DNA of 64,000 nucleotides from an uncultured Faecalibacterium sp. (lineage in GTDB: Bacteria > Bacillota > Clostridia > Oscillospirales > Ruminococcaceae): NCBI GenBank assembly GCA_900765105.1, contig CAAFQM010000126.1, forward strand, positions 122 to 64,121, given 5' to 3'. This document shows positions 1-9,269 of this stretch, piece after piece. A program made the position numbers and the translations under genes. Every line of letters begins with the position of its first letter. Within the stretch, counting starts at the first letter, position 1. Below the pieces are notes generated by a model, which saw nothing but the letters and a program-made list of their open reading frames with translations, did no database searches and had not been told where the DNA came from.

Positions 1-545
1 CGCTGGTGCAGGCCTATGTCATGGACGAGATCTTTGATAAGATGATCGGCGGCGAGGCGGCCATCGGCGTGTACTATTCCGGCGACGCTATCACCATGAT
101 CGACGACAACCCGGACTTGGCGTGGGTGTTCCCGGAGGAGGGCAGCGTGCTGTCGGTGGACAGCATGGCCATTCCCACTACAAGCGAACATCAGGAAGCT
201 GCTGAGATGTTCATCAACTTCATGTGCGAGACCGACATCGGCAAGGCGAACGCGGAGTACATCGGCTACACCACCCCCATGCACGATGTGTGGGAGGTGC
301 TGGACGAAGACCTGAAGGACAGCGAGATCGCCTATCCGCCCGAAGAGCTTGCCGCAAAGGAAAAGGTATTCACCGCGCTGGATGACGAAGTAAACAGCGA
401 GCTGGATGTCAAGTGGAGCGAGATGAAGAGCTACGACGAGGGCGGCAGCAGCTATCTGTTCCTGATGTTGCTGCTGGCCATGCTGGCACTGGCGTTCTTC
501 AACATCTGGCGCAAGCTGCGCAAACGCACCCGGAACCAGTATTAA
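1..545 (+). CDS. potD: Spermidine/putrescine ABC transporter substrate-binding protein (3' part; truncated by window edge) with C-terminal transmembrane helix
   Basis: PotD-type motifs YYSGDA, FPEEGS..SVDSMAIP, AEMFINFM, NAEYIGYTTP; hydrophobic C-terminal segment followed by basic residues. Confidence 0.85.
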   Translation, partial: LVQAYVMDEIFDKMIGGEAAIGVYYSGDAITMIDDNPDLAWVFPEEGSVLSVDSMAIPTTSEHQEAAEMFINFMCETDIGKANAEYIGYTTPMHDVWEVLDEDLKDSEIAYPPEELAAKEKVFTALDDEVNSELDVKWSEMKSYDEGGSSYLFLMLLLAMLALAFFNIWRKLRKRTRNQY

Positions 546-606
546 ACTCTCTACAGGCTGTGCTGCAAAAGGTACAGCCTGTTTTTGTACAGAAAGGAAG
601 CGCACT

Positions 607-1341
607 ATGGAACCCAATCATTACACAGAGACTGTCACCGTCCTGAACGCCGATGCCGACTTCCGCAGCTTGCTCAAGCCCAGCGCCCTGCTGCGCTATG
701 TGGAGCAGGTGTCTGCAGATCATGCCCGGGCTTTCGGCATGGACGATGCGTTTTTCCGGGAGCAGGGCGTAGCGTTTCTCGTTGGCAAGCAGGCACTGCA
801 GCTTACCCGTGTGCCCAGGCGGACGGAAAAACTTACCCTGACCACCCGGGCAGAAGAAAGCCGCCGTGGATCTATCAAGCGTATCACCACCGTGACAGAC
901 GAAAGCGGCGCACAGGTGGCCATGGTGGACTGTCGCTGGATCGTGGTGAGTCTTGCCGAGGGCCGCATCCTGCGTCAGCCGGGCTGGACGGTGGCGGGCT
1001 TCTGGAACGAGAGCGTGGAGGGCGAACTGCCCCTGCAGCTGCACAAATGCCGGGACGGCCTGACCAGTGCAGGGGAGTGGACTGCCCGGTATTCGCAGTG
1101 CGACCTGAACGGGCACATCAACAATGCATTTTATCTCGACATCGCCTGCGATGCTTTGCCGCTGGATGTGATGAAGCAGGGGCCTGTGAAATTTGCGGCG
1201 GTCAACTATCACCGCGAGATCCCGCTGGGTGAGAAGGCGGAGGTGCTGTATGCGCCTTCGGCAGAAGGATGGTATCTTATCGGTCGGCACGACGGCCAGA
1301 CCAGCTTTGAGTGTTATCTGGAGCTTGACACAGAAAGTTAA
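607..1341 (+). CDS. Acyl-ACP thioesterase family protein
   Basis: Double hot-dog pattern; RYSQCDLNGHINNAFY motif; SD GAAAGGAAG upstream. Confidence 0.85.
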   Translation: MEPNHYTETVTVLNADADFRSLLKPSALLRYVEQVSADHARAFGMDDAFFREQGVAFLVGKQALQLTRVPRRTEKLTLTTRAEESRRGSIKRITTVTDESGAQVAMVDCRWIVVSLAEGRILRQPGWTVAGFWNESVEGELPLQLHKCRDGLTSAGEWTARYSQCDLNGHINNAFYLDIACDALPLDVMKQGPVKFAAVNYHREIPLGEKAEVLYAPSAEGWYLIGRHDGQTSFECYLELDTES

Positions 1342-1373
1342 CAAAAGAAATGACAAAAAATCACAAAACCCTA

Positions 1374-1402
1374 TTGCAAAATGATTTCAAAAGAGTTACA
1401 AT
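1374..1402 (+). promoter_or_regulatory. Sigma-A type promoter for the orphan sRNA
   Basis: TTGCAA (1374-1379), 17 bp, TACAAT (1397-1402). Confidence 0.7.
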
Positions 1403-1408
1403 ATGGTT

Positions 1409-1586
1409 ACAGCATGGGCAATAAACCCTGCTGAGTGTGAAATCTTTTTCTTCTTGTTTTTGGGATATCGGGCACGGGTCCTCCTCCTCCGGCTGTTCTC
1501 CTTCACAGCTGTGACCCATGTGCCACACAGGCGATATCCCGCTTCGTGTGCAAAAAAGCCCGTCCTTTCTCCGGACGGGCTTTTTT
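1409..1586 (+). ncRNA. Candidate small regulatory RNA with CU-rich loops
   Basis: Bounded by promoter and intrinsic terminator; nested stems GGGATATCG/CGATATCCC, GGCAC/GTGCC, GGGTC/GACCC, GCTGT/ACAGC; no credible + strand CDS. Confidence 0.6.
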
Positions 1587-1590
1587 GCAC
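1548..1590 (+). terminator. Intrinsic terminator (potentially bidirectional)
   Basis: GTGCAAAAAAGCCCGTCC-TTTCTCC-GGACGGGCTTTTTTGCAC. Confidence 0.85.
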
Positions 1591-1810
1591 CCTGAAAACA
1601 GCTGTTGCGCCGGGAAAGTATGACCTTACGCCGTTTTGGTGGGCATTTTGCCTGTTTTTCTGCAAAGGACATTTGCAAAGTTTGGCGGGGCAGGGGTTTG
1701 TATTCTGGCCGGCTTTGTGGTATTGTATATACAACAATTTATAAGTTGCAAACATGAATTGATTTTGTTGTAGAATGCTTTTGCTGCGATAAGAGAAAAG
1801 GAGTTTGAAC

Positions 1811-3325
1811 ATGGCTTATTTTTATGAAGAACCTTCCCGCACCTTCGGCGAATACCTGCTGGTCCCGGGCTATTCCTCCGCAGAGAACGTTCCCACGGCC
1901 GTCAGCCTCAAGACCCCGCTGGTCAAGTACCGCAAGGGTGAGGAAGAGTGCCCCCTGCAGATGAATATCCCCATGATCAGTGCCATCATGCAGTCGGTCT
2001 CCGGCGATAAGCTGGCCATTGCACTGGCTCGTCAGGGCGGCGTGTCCTTCATCTACGGTTCCCAGAGCATCGAGAGCGAGGCCGCCATGGTGCGCCGCGT
2101 CAAGAGCTTCAAGGCCGGTTATGTTGTTTCCGATTCCAATCTGGCCCCCACTGCCACCCTGCACGACGTGCTGGAGCTGAAGGCCCGCACGGGTCACTCC
2201 ACCATCGCCATCACCGCCGATGGTACCCCCAACGGCAAGCTGCTGGGTATCGTGGCCTCCCGCGATTACCGCGTCAACCACACCCCCGATGATGCACCTG
2301 TCACCACCTTCATGACCCCCATTGAAAAGCTGGTCACCGCTCCGGAGAACACCTCCCTGCACGACTGCAACAACATCATCTGGGACAACAAGATCAACAC
2401 CCTGCCTCTGGTGGACGCCGAGGGCAACCTGAAGTATATCGTTTTCCGCAAGGACTACGACTCCCACAAGAAGAACGCCAATGAACTGCTGGATGCTAAC
2501 AAGAGCTATGTGGTCGGTGCCGGCATCAACACCCGCGACTATGCCGAGCGCGTGCCCGCACTGGTGGATGCCGGTGTGGATGTGCTGTGCATTGATTCTT
2601 CCGAAGGCTACTCCGAGTGGCAGGCACGCACCATCCACTGGATCCGTGAAAACTACGGCGACAAGGTAAAGGTCGGCGCAGGCAACGTTGTGGACGCCGA
2701 GGGCTTCCGTTTCCTCGCAGAGCAGGGCGCTGACTTCGTCAAGATCGGCATCGGCGGCGGCTCTATCTGTATCACCCGCGAGACCAAGGGTATCGGCCGC
2801 GGTCAGGCCACCGCTGTCATTGAGGTGGCAAAGGCCCGCGACGAGTATTTCAAGGAGACCGGCATCTATGTGCCCATCTGCTCCGACGGCGGCATCGTCC
2901 ACGATTACCACATCACCCTCGCTCTGGCCATGGGTGCCGACTTCGTGATGCTGGGCCGTTACTTTGCCCGCTTTGACGAAAGCCCCACGAACAAGGTGCG
3001 CATCAACGGCCAGTATATGAAGGAGTACTGGGGCGAAGGCTCCAACCGTGCCCGTAACTGGCAGCGTTACGATCTGGGCGGCTCTACCAAGCTGAGCTTT
3101 GAGGAAGGCGTGGACAGCTACGTTCCGTATGCAGGCCCGCTGGCAGACGGCGTGCAGACCACCCTGTACAAGGTCAAGAGCACCATGTGCAACTGCGGTG
3201 CACTGTCCATCCCCGAACTGCAGCAGAAAGCCAAGCTGACCGTGGTCTCCTCCACCTCCATCGTCGAGGGCGGCAGCCATGACGTTGTGCTGAAGAATGC
3301 GACCCCCAATATGATGAACGGCTGA
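1811..3325 (+). CDS. guaB: IMP dehydrogenase (with CBS domains)
   Basis: [13 protein letters not shown] catalytic loop, [26 protein letters not shown] 1811 after AAGGAG. Confidence 0.95.
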   Translation: MAYFYEEPSRTFGEYLLVPGYSSAENVPTAVSLKTPLVKYRKGEEECPLQMNIPMISAIMQSVSGDKLAIALARQGGVSFIYGSQSIESEAAMVRRVKSFKAGYVVSDSNLAPTATLHDVLELKARTGHSTIAITADGTPNGKLLGIVASRDYRVNHTPDDAPVTTFMTPIEKLVTAPENTSLHDCNNIIWDNKINTLPLVDAEGNLKYIVFRKDYDSHKKNANELLDANKSYVVGAGINTRDYAERVPALVDAGVDVLCIDSSEGYSEWQARTIHWIRENYGDKVKVGAGNVVDAEGFRFLAEQGADFVKIGIGGGSICITRETKGIGRGQATAVIEVAKARDEYFKETGIYVPICSDGGIVHDYHITLALAMGADFVMLGRYFARFDESPTNKVRINGQYMKEYWGEGSNRARNWQRYDLGGSTKLSFEEGVDSYVPYAGPLADGVQTTLYKVKSTMCNCGALSIPELQQKAKLTVVSSTSIVEGGSHDVVLKNATPNMMNG

Positions 3326-3340
3326 TTTTTTCAGCTCTTT

Positions 3341-3375
3341 GCCGCCTGTGCCGTTTGTGCATGGGCGGCTTTTTT
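3341..3375 (+). terminator. Intrinsic terminator of guaB
   Basis: GCCGCCTGTGC...GCATGGGCGGC followed by T6. Confidence 0.8.
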
Positions 3376-3410
3376 GTTACCGGAATTTGACCTTGATTTT
3401 CCAAAAGGGC

Positions 3411-3439
3411 TTGAACATCCTCCGGTTTGGTGCTATCAT
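3411..3439 (+). promoter_or_regulatory. Sigma-A promoter of pncB (extended -10)
   Basis: TTGAAC, 17 bp, TATCAT, preceded by TGn. Confidence 0.65.
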
Positions 3440-3554
3440 GATAGAAACGCACTGTCAAGACAGCTTGGGTGTGGCAGCTTTTCCAAAGGAAAAGCACAAC
3501 GGCAGGGGACAATGAGGAGCCTTTGCCGGGTGCAAAAAAGAGAGGATATTATTC

Positions 3555-5072
3555 ATGGACGAGATCAAGGTTGTGCCCTACATTCCGGATGAGGACTACG
3601 ACAACCCCGCGATGGTCGTGGATTTTTACGAATTTACCATGGCAAACTGCCTGTTCCTGCACGGGTTCAAGGACACCACACTGGTGTTTGATATGTTCTT
3701 CCGCAAGAACCCGGACAATCAGGGCTATTCCATCAGCGCCGGACAGCGCAAGCTGACCCGTTTCCTGATGAATTACCATTTCAATGCGCAGGATATCTGG
3801 TGGCTGCGCACCAAGGGAATGAGCGAGGAGTTCTGCGAGTACCTGCGCACCTACCAGTGGAAGGGCGATATGTACGCTCTGCCCGAGGGCACGGTGTGCT
3901 ACCCCCATGTGCAGATGGTGCGGATCGAGTGCGACCTTGTGGGCGCGATCCTGATCGAGACCTACCTGCTGCAGACCATGAACTTCCACAGCCTGATCGC
4001 CACCAAGGCGACCCGCGTCACCGGCATGAACACCCACACGCCTCGCAGCGTCATGGAGTTCGGCACCCGCCGCGCACAGGGCGAGAGCGCCGGTAATGAC
4101 GGCGCGTATGCCGCCGTTCTGGGCGGCTGCGTAGGCACTGCCAACTGTCTGGCCGAGATGAAGTTCGGCGCAGACGTCAAGGCTGTGGGCACCGTGGCGC
4201 ATAGCTTCATCGAGTTCTTCCCGACCGAGTTCGACGCCTTCAAGGCCTTTGCTGACACCTACCCGGATTCGGTCAGCTTGCTGCTGGACACCTATAATAT
4301 CATGGAGAGCGGCCTGCCCAATCTCATCAAGCTGGACGACTACCTCATCGAGAAATATCCCGACGATCCCAACCGCCGCGTCAAGAGCGCCCGCATCGAT
4401 TCCGGCGACCTGGCCCGCGGCTCCAAGCGCCTGCGCAAGGCACTGGATGCAGCAGGCAAGCCCTATATCAAGCTGGTGGCTTCCAACGGTCTGGACGAGA
4501 AGAAGATCGCCAACATGGAGCTGTACGAGCACGCACACTTTGACTCCTACGGTGTGGGCGAAAACCTCATTACCTCCGCTTCCGACCCGGTGTTCGGCGG
4601 TGTGTACAAGCTGGTGGCGGTCAAGCAGCCGGACGGCAGCTACATCCCCAAGATGAAGTGCTCGGATTCTGCCAGCAAGGCCATCATCCCGGGCAAGAAG
4701 ATGCCGTGGCGTCTCTATGACGAGAACGGTCAGGCGCAGTGTGACCTGATCGCCATGGATGACGAGGTGATCGAGGCCGGCAAGCCCATCACCATGGTCA
4801 ATCTGGACTCCGATGCCATCGAGCGTACTGTCACCTTTACCCCGACGGCGGTAAAGAAGCTGCTGGTACCGCACATCCTGAATGGTCAGCTGGCCATCGA
4901 GCTGCCTTCCATCGCCGAAAAGAAGGCTTATATTGCAAAGCAGCTTACCGAGGAAACATGGGAGAGCGAGCTGCGTCTGGAGTGCCCGCATAAGCACTAT
5001 GTCAACATGACCCCTGCCGTGGCCGAGTGCCGCTCCAAGATGTATGCCGAGCTGCATGGTGGAAAAGTGTAA
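3555..5072 (+). CDS. pncB: Nicotinate phosphoribosyltransferase
   Basis: DFYEFTM, EFGTRRAQ, GTVAHS, LLDTY, RIDSGD, SNGLDE, GGVYKLV motifs. Confidence 0.93.
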   Translation: MDEIKVVPYIPDEDYDNPAMVVDFYEFTMANCLFLHGFKDTTLVFDMFFRKNPDNQGYSISAGQRKLTRFLMNYHFNAQDIWWLRTKGMSEEFCEYLRTYQWKGDMYALPEGTVCYPHVQMVRIECDLVGAILIETYLLQTMNFHSLIATKATRVTGMNTHTPRSVMEFGTRRAQGESAGNDGAYAAVLGGCVGTANCLAEMKFGADVKAVGTVAHSFIEFFPTEFDAFKAFADTYPDSVSLLLDTYNIMESGLPNLIKLDDYLIEKYPDDPNRRVKSARIDSGDLARGSKRLRKALDAAGKPYIKLVASNGLDEKKIANMELYEHAHFDSYGVGENLITSASDPVFGGVYKLVAVKQPDGSYIPKMKCSDSASKAIIPGKKMPWRLYDENGQAQCDLIAMDDEVIEAGKPITMVNLDSDAIERTVTFTPTAVKKLLVPHILNGQLAIELPSIAEKKAYIAKQLTEETWESELRLECPHKHYVNMTPAVAECRSKMYAELHGGKV

Positions 5073-5077
5073 ATAAG

Positions 5078-5115
5078 AAAAAATCCCTTCAAGCGAACGC
5101 TTGAAGGGATTTTTT
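5078..5115. terminator. Bidirectional terminator between pncB and tRNA-Leu
   Basis: AAAAAATCCCTTCAAGCG-AA-CGCTTGAAGGGATTTTTT. Confidence 0.85.
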
Positions 5116-5116
5116 A

Positions 5117-5200
5117 TGCCGCCGACGGGGGTCGAACCCGTACTCTGTCTCCAGAAAGGGATTTTAAGTCCCTCGTGTCTGCCAATTTCACCACAGCGGC
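5117..5200 (-). tRNA. tRNA-Leu (TAA)
   Basis: Reverse complement GCCGCTGTGGTGAAATTGGCAGACACGAGGGAC-TTAAAA-TCCCT...GGTTCGACCCCCGTCGGCGGCA; long variable arm; upstream TTGACA-17-TATTAT promoter (5243-5215). Confidence 0.95.
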
Positions 5201-5443
5201 ATACAACGTCAATTATAATACAACAGAACCTTTTTTTTGTCAAGAAAAAGCGCGGTTGACAGAGCGTCACGGTCTGTTCATAGTTCATTTGAAAAAAGTG
5301 CTTTTTCTTTCTGCGGTTTCATGCTATAATAAAATCGATACGACCTTTGAGTCGTTGCAGCGCAGAGCGGCGGTGTATCGCTCTGCCGGGGTATTGCCCG
5401 CAGGGGTTAGCGGGCGGGAAAATCAAAAAGAGAGGCGAATCGA

Positions 5444-7720
5444 ATGTTGGATATGATCAAGTGCAGCACCGGCGGTGCATATTACGCCCGGGGCGAGTGG
5501 ATTCCTGCAGACGGCAATGCTGATGCCGCGCTGGCAGCAAAAGGCTTTGACGCGGCATCCATTGCAAATGCCAAGACCGGCACCATGGCCTATGGCATCC
5601 TGCAGGCGCATAACACCAGCGGCGATGCAGATAACCTGAAGATCAAGTTTGACGCCATGGCCAGCCATGACATTACTTTTGTCGGCATTATCCAGACGGC
5701 GCGTGCATCCGGGCTGGAAAAGTTCCCCATCCCTTATGTGCTCACCAACTGCCACAACAGCCTGTGCGCTGTGGGCGGCACCATCAATGAGGACGACCAC
5801 CGCTTCGGTCTGTCCGCCGCAAAGAAATACGGCGGCATCTTTGTGCCGCCGCATCTGGCTGTCATCCACCAGTATATGCGCGAGAAGTTTGCGGGCTGCG
5901 GTAAAATGATCCTTGGCTCGGACTCGCACACCCGCTACGGCGCTTTGGGCACCATGGCCATCGGCGAGGGCGGCGGCGAACTGGCAAAGCAGCTGCTGGG
6001 CCGCACTTACGATGTTGCCCGCCCGGGTGTTGTTGCCATCTATCTGACCGGTTCTCTTCCGGTCGGCTGCGGCCCCCACGATGTGGCCATCGCTCTTGTG
6101 GGCAAGCTGTTCAGGAGCGGTTATGTCAAGAACAAGGTCATGGAGTTCGTCGGCCCCGGCATCGCATCCCTGCGTCAGGATACCCGCAACGCCATCGATG
6201 CCATGACCACCGAGACCACCTGTCTGTCCTCCATCTGGGAGACCGACGAGACGACGCAGAAGTTCCTCGCCGTGCATGGCCGCGCTGCAGATTACAAGAA
6301 GCTGGCTCCGGCAGAGCTTGCTTACTATGACGGTGTGGTGGAGGTCGATCTGTCGGCCATCCGTCCCATGATCGCGCTGCCCATGCATCCCTCCAACGCC
6401 TTTACCATTGAGGAGTTGAACGCTAACCTCGAGGACATTCTCCACGCCTGCGAGCAGGATGTGCAGAAGCTCATCGGCCGCAAGGACGTCTCCCTTGATC
6501 TGTGCAGCAAGATCGAAAGCGGAAAACTCCGTGTAGATCAGGGTGTTATTGCCGGCTGTGCAGGCGGCCTGTATGACAGCATCTATGAAGCTGCCTCCAT
6601 CCTCAAGGGTCATACCGGCGGCTGCGGCGATTATGCCCTCAGTGTGTATCCCGGCAGCCAGCCCATCATGATGGAACTGGTGCGTACCGGCGTCATCCAT
6701 GATCTGATGGCCAGCGGTGCCACCATCCGTACCGCATTCTGCGGCCCCTGCTTCGGCGCAGGTGACGTGCCCGCTAACGGCGCTCTGTCCATCCGCCACA
6801 CCACCCGCAACTTCCCCAGCCGCGAAGGCTCCAAGCCCGGCAACGGTCAGCTGTCCGGCGTGGCGCTGATGGATGCCCGCAGCATTGCGGCCACCACGGC
6901 CAACGGCGGTATCCTGACCCCGGCCACCGACATCGATTATGATCCCACTGTGCCGGAATACCAGTACGATTCTTCCAGCTACGACACCCGCGTCTATCAG
7001 GGCTTCGGCAAGGGCGACTACGATGCACTGCTCAAGCTCGGCCCTAACATCAAGGACTGGCCCGAGATCGCACCGTTGGGCGATAATCTGTTGCTGAAGG
7101 TTGCTTCCTACATCACCGACCCTGTTACGACCACCGATGAGCTGATCCCCTCCGGTGAGACGTCCTCCTTCCGTTCCAACCCCTTGGGTCTGGCCGAGTT
7201 CACCCTCAGCCGCAAGGATCCGGAGTATGTAGGCCGCGCCAAGGCGGTGCGTGCCGAAGAGCAAGCCCGCCGCGCAGGCAAGGGCAGCACCGAAGTTCTT
7301 GCACAGCTGCACAAGGTGCCCGGCTGCGAAAGCCTGACCTGGGAGGATGTACAGATCGCATCCACGATCTTTGCGGTCAAGCCCGGTGACGGTTCCGCCC
7401 GCGAGCAGGCCGCCAGCTGCCAGCGTGTGCTGGGTGCCGGGGCCAATATCGTCACCGAGTACGCCACCAAGCGCTACCGCTCCAATCTGATCAACTGGGG
7501 CATGCTGCCTCTGCAGCTGGCGGGGGCGACTCCGTTCGGTCTGGGTGATTATGTGTTCATCCCGAATGTCCGCGAGGCGCTCAAGGGCGACCTGCAGAAC
7601 ATCAAGGCTTATGTTCTGGGCGACACCGTAAGAGAGTTCAGCCTGTATATGGCTCCGCTGACTTCTGACGAGCGTCAGATCCTTGCCGACGGCTGCCTGA
7701 TCAATTTCTATAAGCACTAA
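5444..7720 (+). CDS. Aconitase-family hydratase (YbhJ-like)
   Basis: [47 protein letters not shown] and C-terminal swivel domain ([18 protein letters not shown]). Confidence 0.88.
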   Translation: MLDMIKCSTGGAYYARGEWIPADGNADAALAAKGFDAASIANAKTGTMAYGILQAHNTSGDADNLKIKFDAMASHDITFVGIIQTARASGLEKFPIPYVLTNCHNSLCAVGGTINEDDHRFGLSAAKKYGGIFVPPHLAVIHQYMREKFAGCGKMILGSDSHTRYGALGTMAIGEGGGELAKQLLGRTYDVARPGVVAIYLTGSLPVGCGPHDVAIALVGKLFRSGYVKNKVMEFVGPGIASLRQDTRNAIDAMTTETTCLSSIWETDETTQKFLAVHGRAADYKKLAPAELAYYDGVVEVDLSAIRPMIALPMHPSNAFTIEELNANLEDILHACEQDVQKLIGRKDVSLDLCSKIESGKLRVDQGVIAGCAGGLYDSIYEAASILKGHTGGCGDYALSVYPGSQPIMMELVRTGVIHDLMASGATIRTAFCGPCFGAGDVPANGALSIRHTTRNFPSREGSKPGNGQLSGVALMDARSIAATTANGGILTPATDIDYDPTVPEYQYDSSSYDTRVYQGFGKGDYDALLKLGPNIKDWPEIAPLGDNLLLKVASYITDPVTTTDELIPSGETSSFRSNPLGLAEFTLSRKDPEYVGRAKAVRAEEQARRAGKGSTEVLAQLHKVPGCESLTWEDVQIASTIFAVKPGDGSAREQAASCQRVLGAGANIVTEYATKRYRSNLINWGMLPLQLAGATPFGLGDYVFIPNVREALKGDLQNIKAYVLGDTVREFSLYMAPLTSDERQILADGCLINFYKH

Positions 7721-7793
7721 GCAAAGAAGCATCTCGGCTGCACGCCTGCGGCTGAGGTGCTTTTATCTGGGACTCTTTGGAGGTTCATTTTCC

Positions 7794-8651
7794 ATGCCTG
7801 GCGATTTGCATAATCATTCTACCTGTTCCGATGGCTCGGTGCCCATCCACCGCCTGCCGCTCATGGCGGCGCGGGCGGGGCTGGACACAATGGCCATCTC
7901 TGACCACGATACCCTGATCAGCGTGAACTATTGCTATGAGCATCCTGTGCAGGATGGAGTTCGGCTCATCCCGGCCACAGAGCTGACCGGCTACGACCAC
8001 GAGCACCGCCACCGGGTGCATCTGCTGTGCTACTATCCGGACCCGGACAGCCGAGAGCTGAAAGCGCATTGCAATCTTCTGCGCCAGCGCCGCAACGAGT
8101 GCGGCCTGCAGAGTGCACGGGAGATCGAAGCGCTGTACCCGCAGTTCCGCACCGAGCAGGCGCTGGAATATGCAAAAGACAGCGGTGTGCTGTTCAAAAG
8201 CGGCATTATGGAGGCACTGCATCAGCTGGGTCTGTGCGATGCCGTGTACGGGGAACGGTACAGTTATCTCTTTGGCTGGGAGCCGCGTGGCGTCGTGCTG
8301 CATCAGGTAAAGTACCCTTCTGTGCAGGAGGTCATTGCCACCGCGAAAGCGGCAGGGGCCGTGCTGGTGTTTGCGCACCCCACAGTGTATAAGAGTATGC
8401 CGCTTGTGCGGCAGCTGGCCAAAGAAGGCGTGATCGATGGCATCGAGGTGGAGCACCCCCGTAACAGCCCGGAGGACAAAGCCGAATGTGCTGCCCTTTG
8501 TGAGCAGTACGGGCTGATCCGTACCGGCGGCACCGATTTCCACGGGGCAAACCATAAGCATCCCCATCCGGTGGGTACCTGCGTGACAGCGGACGATCAG
8601 GTGGTGCGTATTCTGGAGCTGGCCCGTCAGCGCCGAGGCATCTCTGTGTAA
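7794..8651 (+). CDS. PHP-domain metal-dependent phosphoesterase (TrpH/YciV-like)
   Basis: DLHNHSTCSDG, AISDHDT, VHLLCY, FAHP, GGTDFHG. Confidence 0.88.
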   Translation: MPGDLHNHSTCSDGSVPIHRLPLMAARAGLDTMAISDHDTLISVNYCYEHPVQDGVRLIPATELTGYDHEHRHRVHLLCYYPDPDSRELKAHCNLLRQRRNECGLQSAREIEALYPQFRTEQALEYAKDSGVLFKSGIMEALHQLGLCDAVYGERYSYLFGWEPRGVVLHQVKYPSVQEVIATAKAAGAVLVFAHPTVYKSMPLVRQLAKEGVIDGIEVEHPRNSPEDKAECAALCEQYGLIRTGGTDFHGANHKHPHPVGTCVTADDQVVRILELARQRRGISV

Positions 8652-8799
8652 GCGGCAGGACGGTCTTGCGCCAGCAAGATGGAGGGGTCTCACCCCCGAC
8701 AAGCCCGCGTTTGCGAAGCAATGAAAGCCCCAGTGGGGCTTTTAAGCGGCAGGACGGTCTTGCGCCAGCAAGATGGAGGGGTCTCACCCCGACAAGCCC
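8649..8799. repeat. Two-copy direct repeat (58/57 bp) of a palindromic REP-like unit
   Basis: TAAGCGGCAGGACGGTCTTGCGCCAGCAAGATGGAGGGGTCTCACCCC(C)GACAAGCCC at 8649-8706 and 8743-8799; the copies differ by one C. Confidence 0.9.
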
Positions 8800-8867
8800 T
8801 GGTAGAATACTATAATAATAGGCGCCCAAGCGCCAAAAGAATTTGTAATAAGAGAGGATTTTGAACG

Positions 8868-9131
8868 ATGAGCAAGGAATTCAGTTTTCCGAACAGGGGC
8901 ACCTGCTCCCAGCAGACAAACTTTGTGCTGAACGATGACCACACCATTGAGTCCATCGAGGTCATCGGCGGCTGCAACGGCAATCTGAAAGGCATCTGCC
9001 GTCTGGTCAAGGGGATGAAGGCAGAGGATGTGATCGCACGTCTGGATGGTACGATCTGCGGTTTCCGCAACACCAGCTGCCCGGATCAGATCGCCAAGAA
9101 CCTGAAAAAGGCTCTGGCCGAGATGGAGTAA
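8868..9131 (+). CDS. TIGR03905-family TSCPD-domain protein
   Basis: GTCS, GGCNGNLKGI and ICG..NTSCPDQ motifs; 87 aa. Confidence 0.85.
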   Translation: MSKEFSFPNRGTCSQQTNFVLNDDHTIESIEVIGGCNGNLKGICRLVKGMKAEDVIARLDGTICGFRNTSCPDQIAKNLKKALAEME

Positions 9132-9142
9132 CCGCATCGATG

Positions 9143-9175
9143 AAAGGGAGATGCCGAAAGGTGTCTCCCTTTTTA
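9143..9175 (+). terminator. Intrinsic terminator
   Basis: AAAGGGAGATGCC-GAAA-GGTGTCTCCCTTTTT. Confidence 0.85.
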
Positions 9176-9201
9176 TGTTTCATGCCCCGACACAAACAGC
9201 T

Positions 9202-9230
9202 GTTTTTTTTCGCTCGTTCAGGGCTATACT
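9202..9230 (+). promoter_or_regulatory. Putative sigmaF/sigmaG-type promoter of the ClpC-like gene
   Basis: GTTTT, 15 bp, GGCTATACT; resembles forespore-sigma consensus. Confidence 0.35.
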
Positions 9231-9269
9231 TCTTGTGCAAATGATTTTTGATCAGCAAGGAGCAAAGCA

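Noticed and set aside
1403..1744. 113-aa + strand ORF over the sRNA
   Set aside because: Starts immediately after the -10 element with no SD and runs through a strong terminator
5078..5200. Genomic island integrated at tRNA-Leu or tRNA-Gln
   Set aside because: No duplicated tRNA 3' end or neighbouring integrase noticed; flanking genes are housekeeping or metabolic
8649..8799. Possible mini-CRISPR array (two repeats with a 36-bp spacer)
   Set aside because: Repeats of 57-58 bp are too long, the linker is itself palindromic, and no cas genes are present
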